Assembly: GCF_037042905.1 (NCBI RefSeq)
Contig: NC_087251.1
Coordinates: 32,366,001 to 32,430,000 of the forward strand
Direction: 5' to 3'
DNA length: 64,000 nt
Source of the DNA: Lytechinus pictus
Lineage: Eukaryota
Below are positions 26,157 through 39,885 of the stretch, piece by piece. The position numbers were made by a program, and so were the translations under genes. The notes under the pieces are model-generated. The model was given only the letters and a program-made list of their open reading frames with translations. It was not told where the DNA came from and ran no database searches. Position 1 is the first letter of the stretch. The number at the start of each line of letters is the position of its first letter.

Positions 26157-29100
26157 AACTTAGATATGACGTCATGTATAAGTATAGGTAAAAGAAAACA
26201 TATTTATAATGTTGAACAGCCGACGATATATTGACAAAGGCTCCGATGACATCCGATTGCTCGATTTGATGTATTTCAATCATCACTAACGAAAATATTT
26301 ACACTATTTACAGAAAGAATATCTTCTTCATTCACACAATCTTTGATTCAGAAATTACTAGTTTTAGGCAGTATATATACAAGCATCAAATTAAATGTGT
26401 TCCCCCAGTAGCATTCCTTTCTAGCAGTTTATCCGGTGTTACTTAAGCATAACCTTGTCCAGGAAGAATAAATGGTGGTTGGTTTTTAGATAAAGTAAGT
26501 CAAAGACAAAATGTTTTTAAGGTGGCAATATGGTTTGAATCGACTTTTGATTGGAGAGGTCACAATAATGTCATGTAGAAATCCAGGTAAACACCTTATA
26601 TTCTCTATCTGTGGAATCACCATGTTTACTGTGTTTAGATTAAAAGGGGGATTTATACTACCCACGCACAGACTAGAATGTTTCATCTCAAACAATCCAT
26701 GAATATTTGACAGTCCATTATTTACATCGGTATACACTATGACACATTCCTGCAAGTTATATGAGTTTTGTATATTTCTATACATCAGAATGGTATGCAA
26801 AGGAATACACCACCTCGTACAGTAAAATTCAAGATCAGAAGCCCTTCGGACTTTTTTCCGTCCTGTTTTTTTTTGGGGGAGGGGTGGGGTGACTGTGTTC
26901 ATAATTATTATATGTGCTCGTTATCACTAATAAACGTCTCGATGTTCCCGCGCAACATGTTGCATTATTTCCTTGGAGAAATTAGCGCGAAAAATGATTT
27001 ATGCTCTCCCATCCTCGATCACTAATTATCACTTAATTTAATCAGCCTCAGAGCTGCATTCTCCCTCAACCATCTGTTCAGGTCACGGTTATAAAATTAC
27101 AAGTACACCTAAACAAAGACACTCTATACATGCATACTGATCAAATTATAGGCAACGGTCGTATTTTTTGTCCTTTGTATTTCAACATGATTATACTTTC
27201 AAACTTAATTCAATGCTGAAAATATGTCACTTGGATCAGCGGCCTAAAAGTACACTTTGGTGTGTTTGTCAATATTAGTACGCAATGAGATTGATACTCA
27301 AAGCACACTATGTTTACTGCATCGTTTTAGATAACATGATTCGGAGTATATGAAGTATATTTACAGTATGTATAATATTGTACATGTATTCTCTTACACA
27401 TTTTGTCATCGCGGTGAAGAGGTGGGGCAGGGCTAAAACGATGGAAACATACACTGAATCCTTATTTAATTACGGCCATAATTATCCTTAATGCAGTTGT
27501 CTATGTTTATGTAACATGTAGTCATGTTGTATATTGTTATCTTTTATTGAATTCTTAATCATTGCTGAATATATTTAGAAAGTCAGAAAAGGGATACACT
27601 TTGTTTTCAAATCAAATTTTATTTCATCTAAGTACAGTTCAATACAGTTACATTTCTAATCAAATATGCAATATATACAATATAATCAATATTAATACAT
27701 GAATAGATAAACACTGAGAAGACCAATTAGGAGTGTTATAAGTTGCTGACCCTAGACAACAATAATTATCCACCCATCTAATAATAGAGATACGTTGTTG
27801 TCACATACGTTAATCTTGACCTGATGTTTCACCTCATTTCTTCAAGAGTGTTTATAAAGTCTAATTATATCGCGGTGGAATGTGTGTAAAAGATTAGCCT
27901 GACGGTGGTATTAGATAGAACTAGTCGAGATTGGAAAGGGGATACGGTGATGAACTTCACAGATCCATCTTTCCACGAAATCGGGATTGAATGTGGGTTA
28001 AAGGATGATTTTTTTAAATAATCTGTACATGGGTATGTCTCTTCGAGAAGACACCCCGTATAACTATTTATGGGGGATTTTTAATAGAGAAGAAATACGT
28101 AAATTTTGTATTGTTTTGAAATTATTACTATGCCTATCGTCAGTTTGATTATAAAGGATTTTCTAGTTTAATAAGTTGCTGAAAATGCTAAAAAATTAAA
28201 AGTATTTTTTTTGTATATAAAGGTATCTTTTACCGATGTTTAGTATTTTGATGTAAGATAACTTGTGACCTCCCGAAACAAAACACCAACACACCGCCAA
28301 CTATATAGCTTGACCCGGGTTGTCACAAGAAAGTTGATATTGGTATCTATATGTCGTTACATAGCAATGCTTAGAGGATGAACGTGTGAGTTCCAAAGAT
28401 ATTCTGATAAAATCATCATTCTTTGAAGACGCCACTTTATCACACCACAACAACTATGCCATGATTACTTCCATTAGAAATCATTGATGGCACGTCATGA
28501 ATCCGTGGTTTAACAATTTCTTTTGATAATCTATTCAATGTGACAATATAATCAAAATATTATTTGTTGTGTTTTGTTGTTGTTACAATGGGAAACTCAA
28601 CTTTTGGATATGAAAGGTTTTTTATCCCAAGATATCATCTTATGTCATTTCCCAAAACTATATTTAAAATCTAATAGCCTCATAGTCGAAATCCTTCATA
28701 TGAATACTGAAAAAAGGTAAAATAAATGAATAAATTATAAATTGTAATTGTGAAATCATTATCTAATACCTCACACATCCATTTCTTATTTATAATTGAA
28801 GTGTTTTTTATGCTTTTAAATCGTATCAAAAGAATGTAAATATATCATCAACGCTAATTCAATACTTGTCCATGATATCATTATTTATTATGAATATGTT
28901 ATACAGATTTAGCGGCAAAAAAATATTAGATAACTTTCATTCTGCGGAGAGGATGCAATAAAACAAAAGGAGTCTGAGAATCAATGACCACTATATCATC
29001 TAATTGTCTGATCATGGAGTCCAGACGATATGCTTTCTCATCGATTTTATTCTCTTTTATCCGGTTGCTATGGTAACTATCATGACAATTGCCTACGATG

Positions 29101-29402
29101 ATATTATCTTATAAAGTATCATCATTTCCTTTTCATAATAGTAACATCGCTTTGTTTCGTATGTTTTTCTTCTAAAATCCACTTATATGTACCTTAAAAT
29201 GAGTTTATTAAATCGCTAATAATCTATGAAAAATCAAAATTTCTTTCAATTCTAGGCATTGCAAGAAATATTTTTCATTGAATAGATGTTACAAAAGCCC
29301 AATCACAGTTAAACTACTTATTTAATGGTTGCTCTTGTTTAAATGACTTCATTTAAAATGTTGAAAGTTTATTGTAACTCGTTTGCAATTAATATTTCAA
29401 AC

Positions 29403-29671
29403 CACTGGCGGATCCGGCGGATCTGGGCACAATTAAAATTTGTAATGTAAACATGCCGTTAAATCACAAGTGTGCCCCCCCCCCCCTTGAAAGTGAAGAC
29501 CTTTTTTTATTTTTTTTATTTTTTTTTTGCTTGTCAGACTTTATCGTGGACGAAAGGTCCTTAATTTTTGGTTAAAAAACCTTCCCTTTTTTTAGGGGGG
29601 GGGGGGGGCTTGTAAATTTTTCCTCGGGAAAATGTACCCACCCCTTTTGGAAAATCCTGGATCTGCCCCTG
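29403..29671. mobile_element. hAT-type MITE with 8-bp TSD
   Basis: tttcaaac|CACTGGCGGATCC ... GGATCTGCCCCTG|tttcaaac. Confidence 0.9.
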
Positions 29672-30384
29672 TTTCAAACAGATATTTGATATTTAATTTA
29701 TGCTTATAACCAGGATACTGTTATCTTAAATCTATTACATTTCCTTGCTTGTAATCGTCTTGTATCTCAGATACCGTCTTATACTTGTACTAATTTCATA
29801 ATTTGTGCCGAATAATTGCGGAGAAAGGAACTAATCGGCGATGTCACTGGAAATAAATCAAATGCGAATCTTATTTGCTGTATTCCCCATGGAATTAATC
29901 ACTGGCAAGATCGGAGACCAAAGGCTCGTTCCCGACGAATCACATAAATTTTGGTCTGATATACTTGCGGTGGGAAACAAACTAGGATAACAAGACTTGT
30001 TAGATATCTAATAAAAGGCATCCATTAAAACCAGTTTCCCCATCTAAAAAAAAAATCTTCGCCTAATGATAGCAAGCGTCAAAGACGACATAATTTAGAG
30101 GAGCACGAATTTGGATTAAATTACCCTTCCAGGCCAATTCAACCACTATGGGATAAAGAAGATCTAAATTTGATAATGGTTTTGAAATTTTGGTTGATAG
30201 GAAGAATGAGTACTCCCTATTTTAATAGACTCCAACTTGTTGCGCGTGATGTACATAATGGTTTATGAATATGAGAGGCATCTCGGAAATTGATATAGAA
30301 ATCTTTGGTCAACATAGCTTTACCATATTTAGGCGAATCTTAATTTAATGTTTAAAAAATGAATATGAACACGTGAGTAGCATA

Positions 30385-30578
30385 CACTCTAAAAACACTG
30401 AGTAAAATTTTACCCAATATTGGGTAGAAAGGAAACATGCATGTTTGCTGGGTAATATTTTTACCCCACATTGGGCTATTTCAACGCAACATTGCGTAAA
30501 ATTTACAAAATATTTTTACCCAACAACATGCATATTCCCATTTTACCCAATATTAGGGAAACTTTTTTTTTTAGAGTG
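30385..30578. mobile_element. CACT-terminated MITE, TA TSD
   Basis: ta|CACTCTAAAAA ... TTTTTAGAGTG|ta, with internal ttttacccaa subrepeats. Confidence 0.85.
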
Positions 30579-31266
30579 TACTGAGTGTTAATATGCTCGA
30601 GAGCATACGTAATTCGTATGGGCTATATCATTACTTAATATTATAATTGAGAGTGACAGAATCAATCCAGACATGATCGTCACCATTTTCTACTTTTAAA
30701 GCTTCCGAGGATGTGTAAATCGATGAAAAAGTGATGTTCAATAGTGCATGGATGCAACAATGGGTCGTTTATGTTTGACCATCCTCTTTGCTGAAGTAAA
30801 TTGATCAGAGAAATTGAAATATCTGAAGAAACACGCATTTCAGTTATCATTCTACGGCGCCGCGGAAAGTGCGCCAATGGTAACACTAACTTCCACCATA
30901 TACAGCGACCAGGCAGGCGGTCATAAGCAGACGACTTGCACACCGTCTAATTTACTACAGTAGTTCGGAGCAATTTGCCGCCAGGCACGAACCGGGCAAA
31001 TTATTGGCTTAATATGCTACGGTCTCCAGCTTCAACGGACCACGATGAAATAGGCTGTCAATCCTATATTAACGACTCACCAAATCTATTACCAAACCCG
31101 TGTCTATTTCATCCTCTTTTTACTCCGAGGGCCCTTTTCTCTTTTTTTTAAACATTTGTATCGCTAGAGAAGTTTCCAAAAGTAGATTTAAAAGGGAAAG
31201 GCACGAAGGTAAATCCGAATGTTTTAGTATGTGCGATGGAGCTAATATTACACAGATGTTATACCT

Positions 31267-31403
31267 GGGTTCCGTTTCATACATTTTTTTATAATAACAA
31301 TTTACAATAACAGTTAAAAGCTGCTGAATCCTTCAATCTGATTGGTTGATAGTAAGTTTGTTACAGAAATTGTGTCATAACAAGTCTTTGTGAAACGGGA
31401 CCC
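31267..31403. mobile_element. PIF/Harbinger-like MITE
   Basis: GGGTTCCGTTTCATA ... TGTGAAACGGGACCC. Confidence 0.75.
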
Positions 31404-32480
31404 TTGTCGGTATTGTGAATAATCGTTTATACACCACATACGTCAAACGATACGTAAAATCCATTTTGAAAACTCGCGAATTGTATTAAACAAAAGCATA
31501 TTTGTGTCGAATTGACATCATCAATTGGGAGAGCGATGGCTTCCCAATCAAAATGGCATTAAGCCACATTGATGAGAATGTGATCCCACAAATCCAGCAG
31601 ACAGGAATTAATATCGGAAGGTCTGAAAGTACGTTTGTCGTGCCAAGGCAAAATTGATATTAAACTGCCCTTCAGGCTCGGTGATACACCTACCCACTCA
31701 TAAAGCAGTGTTGTTCGGGGCGTATAAATATAGAAGTCATTTTTGGCATCTAAGTTTGTTTATTCGCCTTCATATCATTGATAATGTTTATCTTTCATTG
31801 TGTCGATCTCATAAACCTTTCATATCGCTCTAGGAAACTAAATCAATTCACAAACGTGGGTTCTAAGTCAATGGTAAATTCAAGAAGTTTCGATAACATT
31901 CATAGTTTATGGATTGTGTTTTCTATGTTCTTGCATAATGTAATATTTAGGTGATCTTTAAAATCGTCGTGTTTGATAACCCAATCCGAGAATACGCTTT
32001 TGATGAACACACTCAAAGTTTTTGAAATTATTACTATAATAAGTTTATAATATTAGGTTTGAAGTACCGAAGGATCTATATAAATACGGTACATCATTTT
32101 TTATTTTCTTATTTTACATATATTATATATAATGAATCATCATCATCATACCTGACAGAGTAGTATTGTTTGCAATTATTATACATTTTGCAGACTTAAA
32201 TGAACAATGCCCCCTAAGAGAGAGAGAGAGGAAGCATTATCAGAGATATCTCACTGTTCAATCGCTTTTGAAAATAAGTAAGCAGGTTCCTTTCCATCAA
32301 ACAATTTAACTTCTCTCATACACGACACGACATTATACGCTCACATTCAACAGGTGTTCTAATATGAGACTCTATTAGCAAAGACTACGCGTAAAACAAA
32401 GACTTGTTATGTATACTTCCAATCTTGTACAAATGAACTAATACCACAAAGTCAAAAATATGCATAATCTGCCCCATGCC

Positions 32481-32745
32481 GTCACCATGACAACCATTTT
32501 ATGAAGAGTAATAGAAGAGGATCTTCTTCCATCATCAATTTAGTAAAGTGATATAGAGCTATCATTGGTTACCAAGGTGAACGCACACAATATGAGCAAG
32601 AGTTATAGAGGTGCCGGTGTATCCCATCGTTAATATTGGTTACCATGACAACGTGTGCAAATGTCGATTTTTATTTTTTAGTGGCATCCACGACAACAGG
32701 AAATATAACCTTGGAGTCACTGGCGAGTTAAGATTATATGGTAAC
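32481..32745. promoter_or_regulatory. Cluster of RFX X-box-like motifs
   Basis: gtcaccatgacaac (32481), gttaccaaggtgaac (32568), gttaccatgacaac (32639), gcatccacgacaac (32684), attatatggtaac (32733). Confidence 0.45.
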
Positions 32746-33785
32746 CAAAATAGAGATAGCGGAACAAGAGATGTTACAAGTAATTGGAATAAACGAAGGC
32801 AGTTCCGACTTTTGTGCTATTCAAGAATCAAGATAGTCAAATAGGCTTATAAAGCATTAACTCATTCTTACATTCGCAAGTCCTAAAATTGGAACTCATG
32901 AGATTTTAAGTACTTCAAATAATAATTAAAGTATTCTAAAAAACAGTCAATTTATAATTAGAAGTGAATGCAAGAGCAATATGTATATTGTACATTTAAG
33001 TATAGTGAGTATTAATGAAAATATCTTCACATAAATCCTTCCAAAGTACAATTTCTAACGTTTTTAAACAGCAATCATTCATTCTAATAAAAAAATTATT
33101 GTGAAGACCACAGGACCTAAATAAAAAAAATGTATAGGAAAGACTTTTTACTTCCCTTACCATATACTACAAGAACGTTCATAGGTGTTCATGTCATCCA
33201 GTCTGCAACATACATATTTCAGTTATATATCATTTTTTTTTATATATAGGCCTTTTAAAGGCGCTAATTGTGAATTAATTTCGTACATGCATTTAACAGG
33301 TAACCCAATGTCGGGTGAAAACAAAATCGTCCTTCATTTTCATGTTTCATTTGCTCCCTGCATGGGATTTTAATGACTGTAATTTTTTTCTTATTATACT
33401 ATTGATATTATAATGTAGATATTGTTATTTCATTATATTACTAAACCATTCCTGTCCAAAATACCAACTAGAGACAGATTATTCAAGAGATCGAACCGAA
33501 AATTTCATATTTGACGTAAATAAAAACTAATTTGCAATGAAATGAAATGAAAATTCACGAACTGTTTCGGCATTTCCCCATTCGAGCGACAAACGATAAG
33601 CATGGGTGGCGTAGGCGCTTGTTAATTAGTCAAAGTGATCCACTATACCACATATCATGCATACAGGCATACATACGTTCATCAAATTTCATTACATTCA
33701 AGTAATGATAACGCAAGCACAAAAATAACTACGTGGTGCATGATTATTAGGCATTTGTTCTGCATTTTCTGTAAGTAGACCGTTT

Positions 33786-33787
<2 letters not shown>

Positions 33788-33835
<48 letters not shown>

Positions 33836-33854
33836 GTATGTATATACATATATA
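33788..33854. repeat. (TA)n microsatellite
   Basis: Direct tandem ta units. Confidence 0.97.
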
Positions 33855-34685
33855 TTCATTCTTGACTATGGAACGCAGTCGTGACATTAGGCAATAGATG
33901 TCTTAATATTATTTTCCTGGAATCATTGTAATTTATTATTTCGATTAAAATGTACTTTTGATATGATAAGACACACTTTCTTAGATTCTACATAATGTCT
34001 ATGCATGCGCGCGGGCTAATGGAAATAGAATATCACATTGAAAAAGACATGAAAAGCTATATACATACAAAAAATCTAGTCCTCTTTTTACCTACAAAGC
34101 ATTAACATTTATTCAATTATCAGTAACTGGTTCATAACTGTTTTTTATCTAGTAAATCATCTAGATCAATTTAAATCAAGATATTTACGGTAAGCAGTTA
34201 AACTGTGAGGCATGTTTCGAATTGTATTTTTCTCATACCCTTTAATGGCTAGGTTTTATTCTATATTTCTATTTGAACTATTTACTATTGTATAAGGAAA
34301 ATATGCTTATGAAAAGGAGTTATCAGAGGAATTTTCATAATTATGGCCGTATCAGAGAAAAGTTCATAATTACGGGCCTTATACATCAAAGGAAAAACTC
34401 TATAATTATGGGGGTTATATCCATCAAATCAAGTTTCGTAATTATAGTAATGCATGATTCATATTATAATTGCTTTTAGGAGTTTAAGCTTTTTTGTGTT
34501 AAAAAAACATGATTATATAAGACCCCCGATTGAGTATGCATACATTAGCGCAAAATCGTGTTGGCGATAACGACTTTTCAGAACAGAATTATCTTCTGCT
34601 ATTTTCCCTCACTCCCTCCCTCTCTCTCTCTCTCTGAACGTCCGCTGTGATATTTTCAGATCTTCTAAATGATTGATAAATCACA

Positions 34686-34967
34686 TTATAATAATAAAGG
34701 TATATTTACCCAGGGTAGCCACTTCAGTTCCGAAAACTGTTCTCCCAGCGGGCCCTGCTGTTATTACCCGGCTAAGCTAGGCTACATATTCGGTGCACAC
34801 AGCTTTTTGAGGAATTATTTTCTGCCGTTACCCATTTACCTCACCTGGGTCGAGTGCAGCACACTGTGGATGAATTCCTTGCTGAAGGAAATTACGCCAT
34901 GGCTGGGATTTGAACCCACGACCCTCTGTTTCAAAGTCCGGAGACTAATCCACTGGGCCACGACGCT
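34686..34967 (-). mobile_element. tRNA-derived SINE, near full length
   Basis: Minus strand carries A-box TGGCCCAGTGG, B-box GGTTCAAATCC, central CACTCGACCCAGGTGAGGTAAATGGGTA, tail CAGGGCCC...GGCTACCCTG and a (TTA)n end. Confidence 0.9.
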
Positions 34968-35822
34968 ATAAGATAATAATCTTCACTTTGCCTGGTACAA
35001 ACAGCAAACGCAGTGAGCTGATTATCAAAATGCATCTACTATATCCCTACGGTCTTTTGCAACTCGTTCAATCATTCTACATCTGAGTAACGTTGTAGTA
35101 AAGATCAAGCTAGTGTTGTTTACTACAAGGAATAGGCATGGAATTTTCAGACTTTACGAATTCTTGTTTCGAATCTTTACAGATTAAGCTATAACACCCC
35201 TCCCCCCAAAACAAAATTTAAGAAATGAACTAAACGAAATTAGACGTTTCTTTGATAATAGGCCTATATAGAAATAATATAAATTCAGCAAAAAATTGTT
35301 GTGCATACATAAAATTAAGTCAACATGAATACGATTTTTTTTCTATATGTCTATTACGAGATAATTACAAATGAAATGGTAATATTTTAGATAACTTATG
35401 TCCGGAATAGTCTTGACAGATTATTTTCCAAATATTTAATTGCGGAGAACATTTCCATCAAATTGCATTCTGAAGAGGAATATCCGTCCTTCTATTTTGC
35501 ATTGCCATTCCATTCCAATTTCCTGAACAAAAAGTTCAGCAACAAAAACAACAACAGAGAAGTAGCAGAGAAGGCAATAATAATTTTGAGTGCATTGATG
35601 CATTATATTGTCACTATGATGACGTCTGTTAACAATATCATTGAGAGAGATAACGAGATACGTGTATGCGAATACTTAAAATTAACTTTAACCATGTTAA
35701 CACCCTCAACATGATAATAATTTTTAAAAAGTTATAGAAAATAACATTTACATCATTTGTTTTGCAACTATGTGTGTGGGTGTGTGTGTGCGTGCAAAAA
35801 AGTCAGTCCTGATGTGTGATTG

Positions 35823-35890
35823 GTCGAAAGTAAATTGTTACATTAATCATTAATCCGTCGAAAGTAAATTGTTACACTAATCATTAATCC
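35823..35890 (+). repeat. 34-bp tandem duplication
   Basis: gtcgaaagtaaattgttaca(t/c)taatcattaatcc repeated twice. Confidence 0.95.
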
Positions 35891-36705
35891 CCTCTCATTA
35901 TGAGTGGAATATTATTCATGCCCTACATCAGTTATCACCGCAGTATTACCATCTATATATGCTTTTTCAGAAAGCTTACAATACAGTGACAAAATTGCGT
36001 AAAGCACGTTGGAAGTGACACAGATCACGTAGTATATATATACATGACAGATAGAACAACGAACGAATGAGACTTTCTTGTATCACCCAGAAATTACGAA
36101 AGCGCGCCAATAATTCTCATTTGTAATCATGATATCGTATACGCATCAAATTCAAGAGTTCAATTTTATTGAAGAAAGTTGGGTGGATGTGAGTCTACTG
36201 CACGATTGGGTGTGAAGTTTGATATGGCGCAACAATGATGATGACTGCTAACTGTGGGTAATGGGATGGAAAATAGGATTGGGAAGGAAGGCGGAAATAA
36301 TGTGCATGTAATGATATAGGCAGGTGAGACGGAGAGGAAGAGAGAGTGGGGGAGAAAGAGAGGGTGATGGGAGAGAGAGATGGAAAGAGGGAGAGAGAGA
36401 GTTTGAGAGGGTGTGTGAGCGTGTGTGTGTGAGAGAGAGAGAGTTAGAGAGGAGGAGAGCGAGCAAGGGAGGGAGAGAGATGAAAATCAAAGTTTGAATG
36501 GTAATAGAAGGGAAGTGAGAATAGACTCATGGGTAACATGTTTTATCAGTCTTGTCTTCTGATAACTAGACATAATATACCCCAGTCATACTCTTGTAGT
36601 AGTCAAATATTCACCTTACTCCAACGTTCGAGGTTACTTGGAAACGTGCTTGACTGTAACTTTTTAAAAGTACATGAAAATAGTACATGAAAAGTACAAG
36701 CTAAG

Positions 36706-36751
36706 CTACTACTACTACTACTACTATTATTACTAAAGTAATACTACTACT

Positions 36752-36784
<33 letters not shown>

Positions 36785-36816
36785 TACTACTACTGTACTA
36801 CTACTACTACTACTAC

Positions 36817-36866
<50 letters not shown>

Positions 36867-36889
36867 ATTTACTACTACTACTACTACTG

Positions 36890-36925
<36 letters not shown>

Positions 36926-37083
36926 AACTACGACTACTACTACTACTTTACTACTACTACTACTACTACTATTACTATTACTACTACTACTTCTTCTACT
37001 ACTACTACTATTACTACTACTACTACTACTACTATTATACTACGAATACTACTACTACTACTGCTACTACTATACTACTACTA

Positions 37084-37134
<51 letters not shown>

Positions 37135-37138
37135 CACA

Positions 37139-37178
<40 letters not shown>

Positions 37179-37196
37179 ATACTCCTACTACTACTA

Positions 37197-37229
<33 letters not shown>

Positions 37230-37237
37230 CACAACAG

Positions 37238-37269
<32 letters not shown>

Positions 37270-37280
37270 ACTACTACTAT
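36706..37280 (+). repeat. Long imperfect (CTA)n microsatellite
   Basis: About 570 bp of cta units with scattered variants and indels. Confidence 0.98.
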
Positions 37281-38486
37281 AATGGCTATTATAATTACTT
37301 TACCTACTATTTCTGTACTGCTTCTACGATTTTTTTATTATTATTTTACTATCACTATTAACAAACAACGGCCATGTAAAATCCTAATAATCCCTGTTCC
37401 ATCTGTGGCAAATTTCAATTTACCTTTCCTCTTCAATTTGTTTGTTGTGGTGATAGAAAGGAATCCAAATTCAATGAATATTGTCCTTCATTTTCTTCGT
37501 CAAGGAATAATAGTTCCAGAAATATTCCATCTCTAAGATAACGCTTTTTCCCCAAACGCTCCGCACCAGGCAATTTTGTTCCATGAAAAAATAACTATAT
37601 CCTATCTGGCGTCAATATTCATCGACAGCGAGTTGCAGGTCTCGTTCCTGTTTTGTTTTAATCAATATCAAGCTATATAAATGTAACTATGCATCCCATG
37701 TAACCGTCTACTTGGAAAGGATAGATCAAATTTTTACAGATAAATAGCTGGCTAGACAAAGCCATATCACCTTGCTTCGTGCGCAGGCTTGGCCTACAAT
37801 ACCATGCATCCAGGTCATGTGACCCTCATGAAAGAATATTTTATCGAAACGAACTTCAATTTATGTACTGTATCTTTGTGTAGTCCTCTTATAATCATGG
37901 CATGATATTTGTATCGCTGTTCCATTGATCCATATCTATGCTATAAAGCACACATCCCATTCCACGTTTTATATTAGCACGCAATGAAATGAATTCCCCC
38001 AAATAATCTATTCATTTCCCCCAAAGTACACACCCCATTTCACGTTGTGATCTTACTCAATTCATTTTATATTCGCACGCAATGAAATTAATCTAGCATC
38101 TCATAATGTCGAAATCACTTAAACTTATTTATTTCCCCAAATAATAAAAACAAATCACTCCTTATCGTAAAAACACAAGTTTCTGTTGATTTTCTTTCGC
38201 GTAAAGTGTCACTTTGAATAATACAAAAAGATGTTTATTATTTTTTAAAGACATTCATTTACTCAAGAAAGTCGTGATGTATAAAATTCAACAGAAAACG
38301 GGGTGAAATATTAACATTGATTACATGAACGAGATGTGGTATTTTAGACAAGAGCAATGTAAAATACATGGTAGTTGTGTATAGCCTGAATAAAGTTAAC
38401 TGTGAACATCGATTGTTAGCTATCAACTTTTAGCCACTTAGGCATGTCAAGTGCTCCCGCCCTGAAATATCTATTTGCGTTAACAT

Positions 38487-38926
38487 GTTAACCGATACGT
38501 TAGTTCAATCGACCGAGCTTCGCATCGTGGATTCGATCCCTGACCGAGTCATACCAAAGACTGCCAACATGGTGCCCTCTTTACCTTTTAGCCAGGCACA
38601 AGACACTCTACTGTAGAACAGAGAAGGATAATAATCATGATAATGACATTGTGTTATGCAGGGTCCATTGTGACATCATTTTATAAGAGCTGAAGTGGCC
38701 ACCATGGTTAACCGATACGTTAGTTCAATCGACCGAGCTTCGCATCGTGGATTCGATCCCTGACCGAGTCATACCAAAGACTGCCAACATGGTGCCTTCT
38801 TTACCTTTTTGCCAGGCACTCGACACTCTAGAATGGAGAAGGATAATAATCATGATAATGACATTGTGTTATGCAGGGTCTATTGTGACAACAGTTCATA
38901 AGAGCTGAAGTGGCCACCATGGTTAA
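38487..38926 (+). mobile_element. Head-to-tail dimer of a degenerate tRNA-derived SINE (220-bp period)
   Basis: Units start at 38487 and 38707. Each has a B-box-like GGATTCGATCC, body gagtcataccaaagact...atggtgcc, and tail gcagggtc...ctgaagtggccaccatggttaa. Confidence 0.75.
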
Positions 38927-39487
38927 AACAGACGTTACGTGTGTATGTATAACATACGCTGACATACATGTTCAGTATAGTTCAATATTTATTCAAGAAT
39001 GTCATAAATCTCAATTTTTATCGTTTCACCTTCAAATCTTTCTTAAAACTAAAGCTTGGCATTGATGTGCAATGACCTGTAGTAGGATGCTTAATTATCT
39101 ACGGGTACTCTTAAAAGTCTATGCGACCCCACCACGGACACGCCGGCTCCTGATTGCGCACGGGCGCGACATTTTAGGCGGGGTAGAGGAAATATGAGAA
39201 TCCATTATGAAAAATCCTATCATCCCCAAATGAGATTTACATTGGTGAGATATATAGTTGACGACACCCCGATGATATGATGGTTGGTTCTCAGCAATAC
39301 TCTCTTGGAAGGGGTTAATATAATGATAGAAGAGGGTGTTTCTCCCGTCACTCCTTGCTCCAATGACGTCGATGATTCCCTCACACCTACACACCTGATG
39401 ACCAATATCATTTTCTTTCTCTCCCTCTCCCTCTCGCTCCCCTTCTCTCTCCAGTTAGCTCTCGTTCACGCATAAACACACCCTCCC

Positions 39488-39885
39488 CAAACCCTCACAC
39501 TCACCCACACCCACTCACCTATGACCTCTCCCTCTCTTTCCCCCTCTCTCTCTCCTTAATCTCGGTCTCCAAACCCTTCCACCTTGTCTTCATTTAACTT
39601 TCATTCACGCAAGGAAGTAAAAAAAAAAACACACTCACCATACCCTCACGCACACACACGCACCTACGCACTCTCCCTCCCCTTTCTCCAGTTTTCATGT
39701 ACAAACCCTCACACTCACCCACACCCACTCACCTATGACCTCTCCCTCTCTTTCCCCTCTCTCTCTCCTTAACCTCGGTCTCCAAACCCTTCCACCTTGT
39801 CTTCATTTAACTTTCATTCACGCAAGGAAGTAAAAAAAAAAAACACACTCACCATACCCTCACGCACACACACACTAACGCACTT
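39488..39885 (+). repeat. Tandem duplication, ~214-bp period, C/T-rich
   Basis: caaaccctcacactcaccc...caccataccctcacgcacacac occurs at 39488 and 39702, near-identical. Confidence 0.95.

Noticed and set aside
34895..34967. tRNA-like sequence (also 45990-46060)
   Set aside because: A and B boxes are present, but there is no proper acceptor stem and the sequence runs on into a SINE body and tail, so these are SINE heads rather than tRNA genes.
39124..39146. RE1/NRSE-like caccacggaca
   Set aside because: Only an 11-bp core matches and both flanks deviate from TTCAGCACCACGGACAGCGCC.
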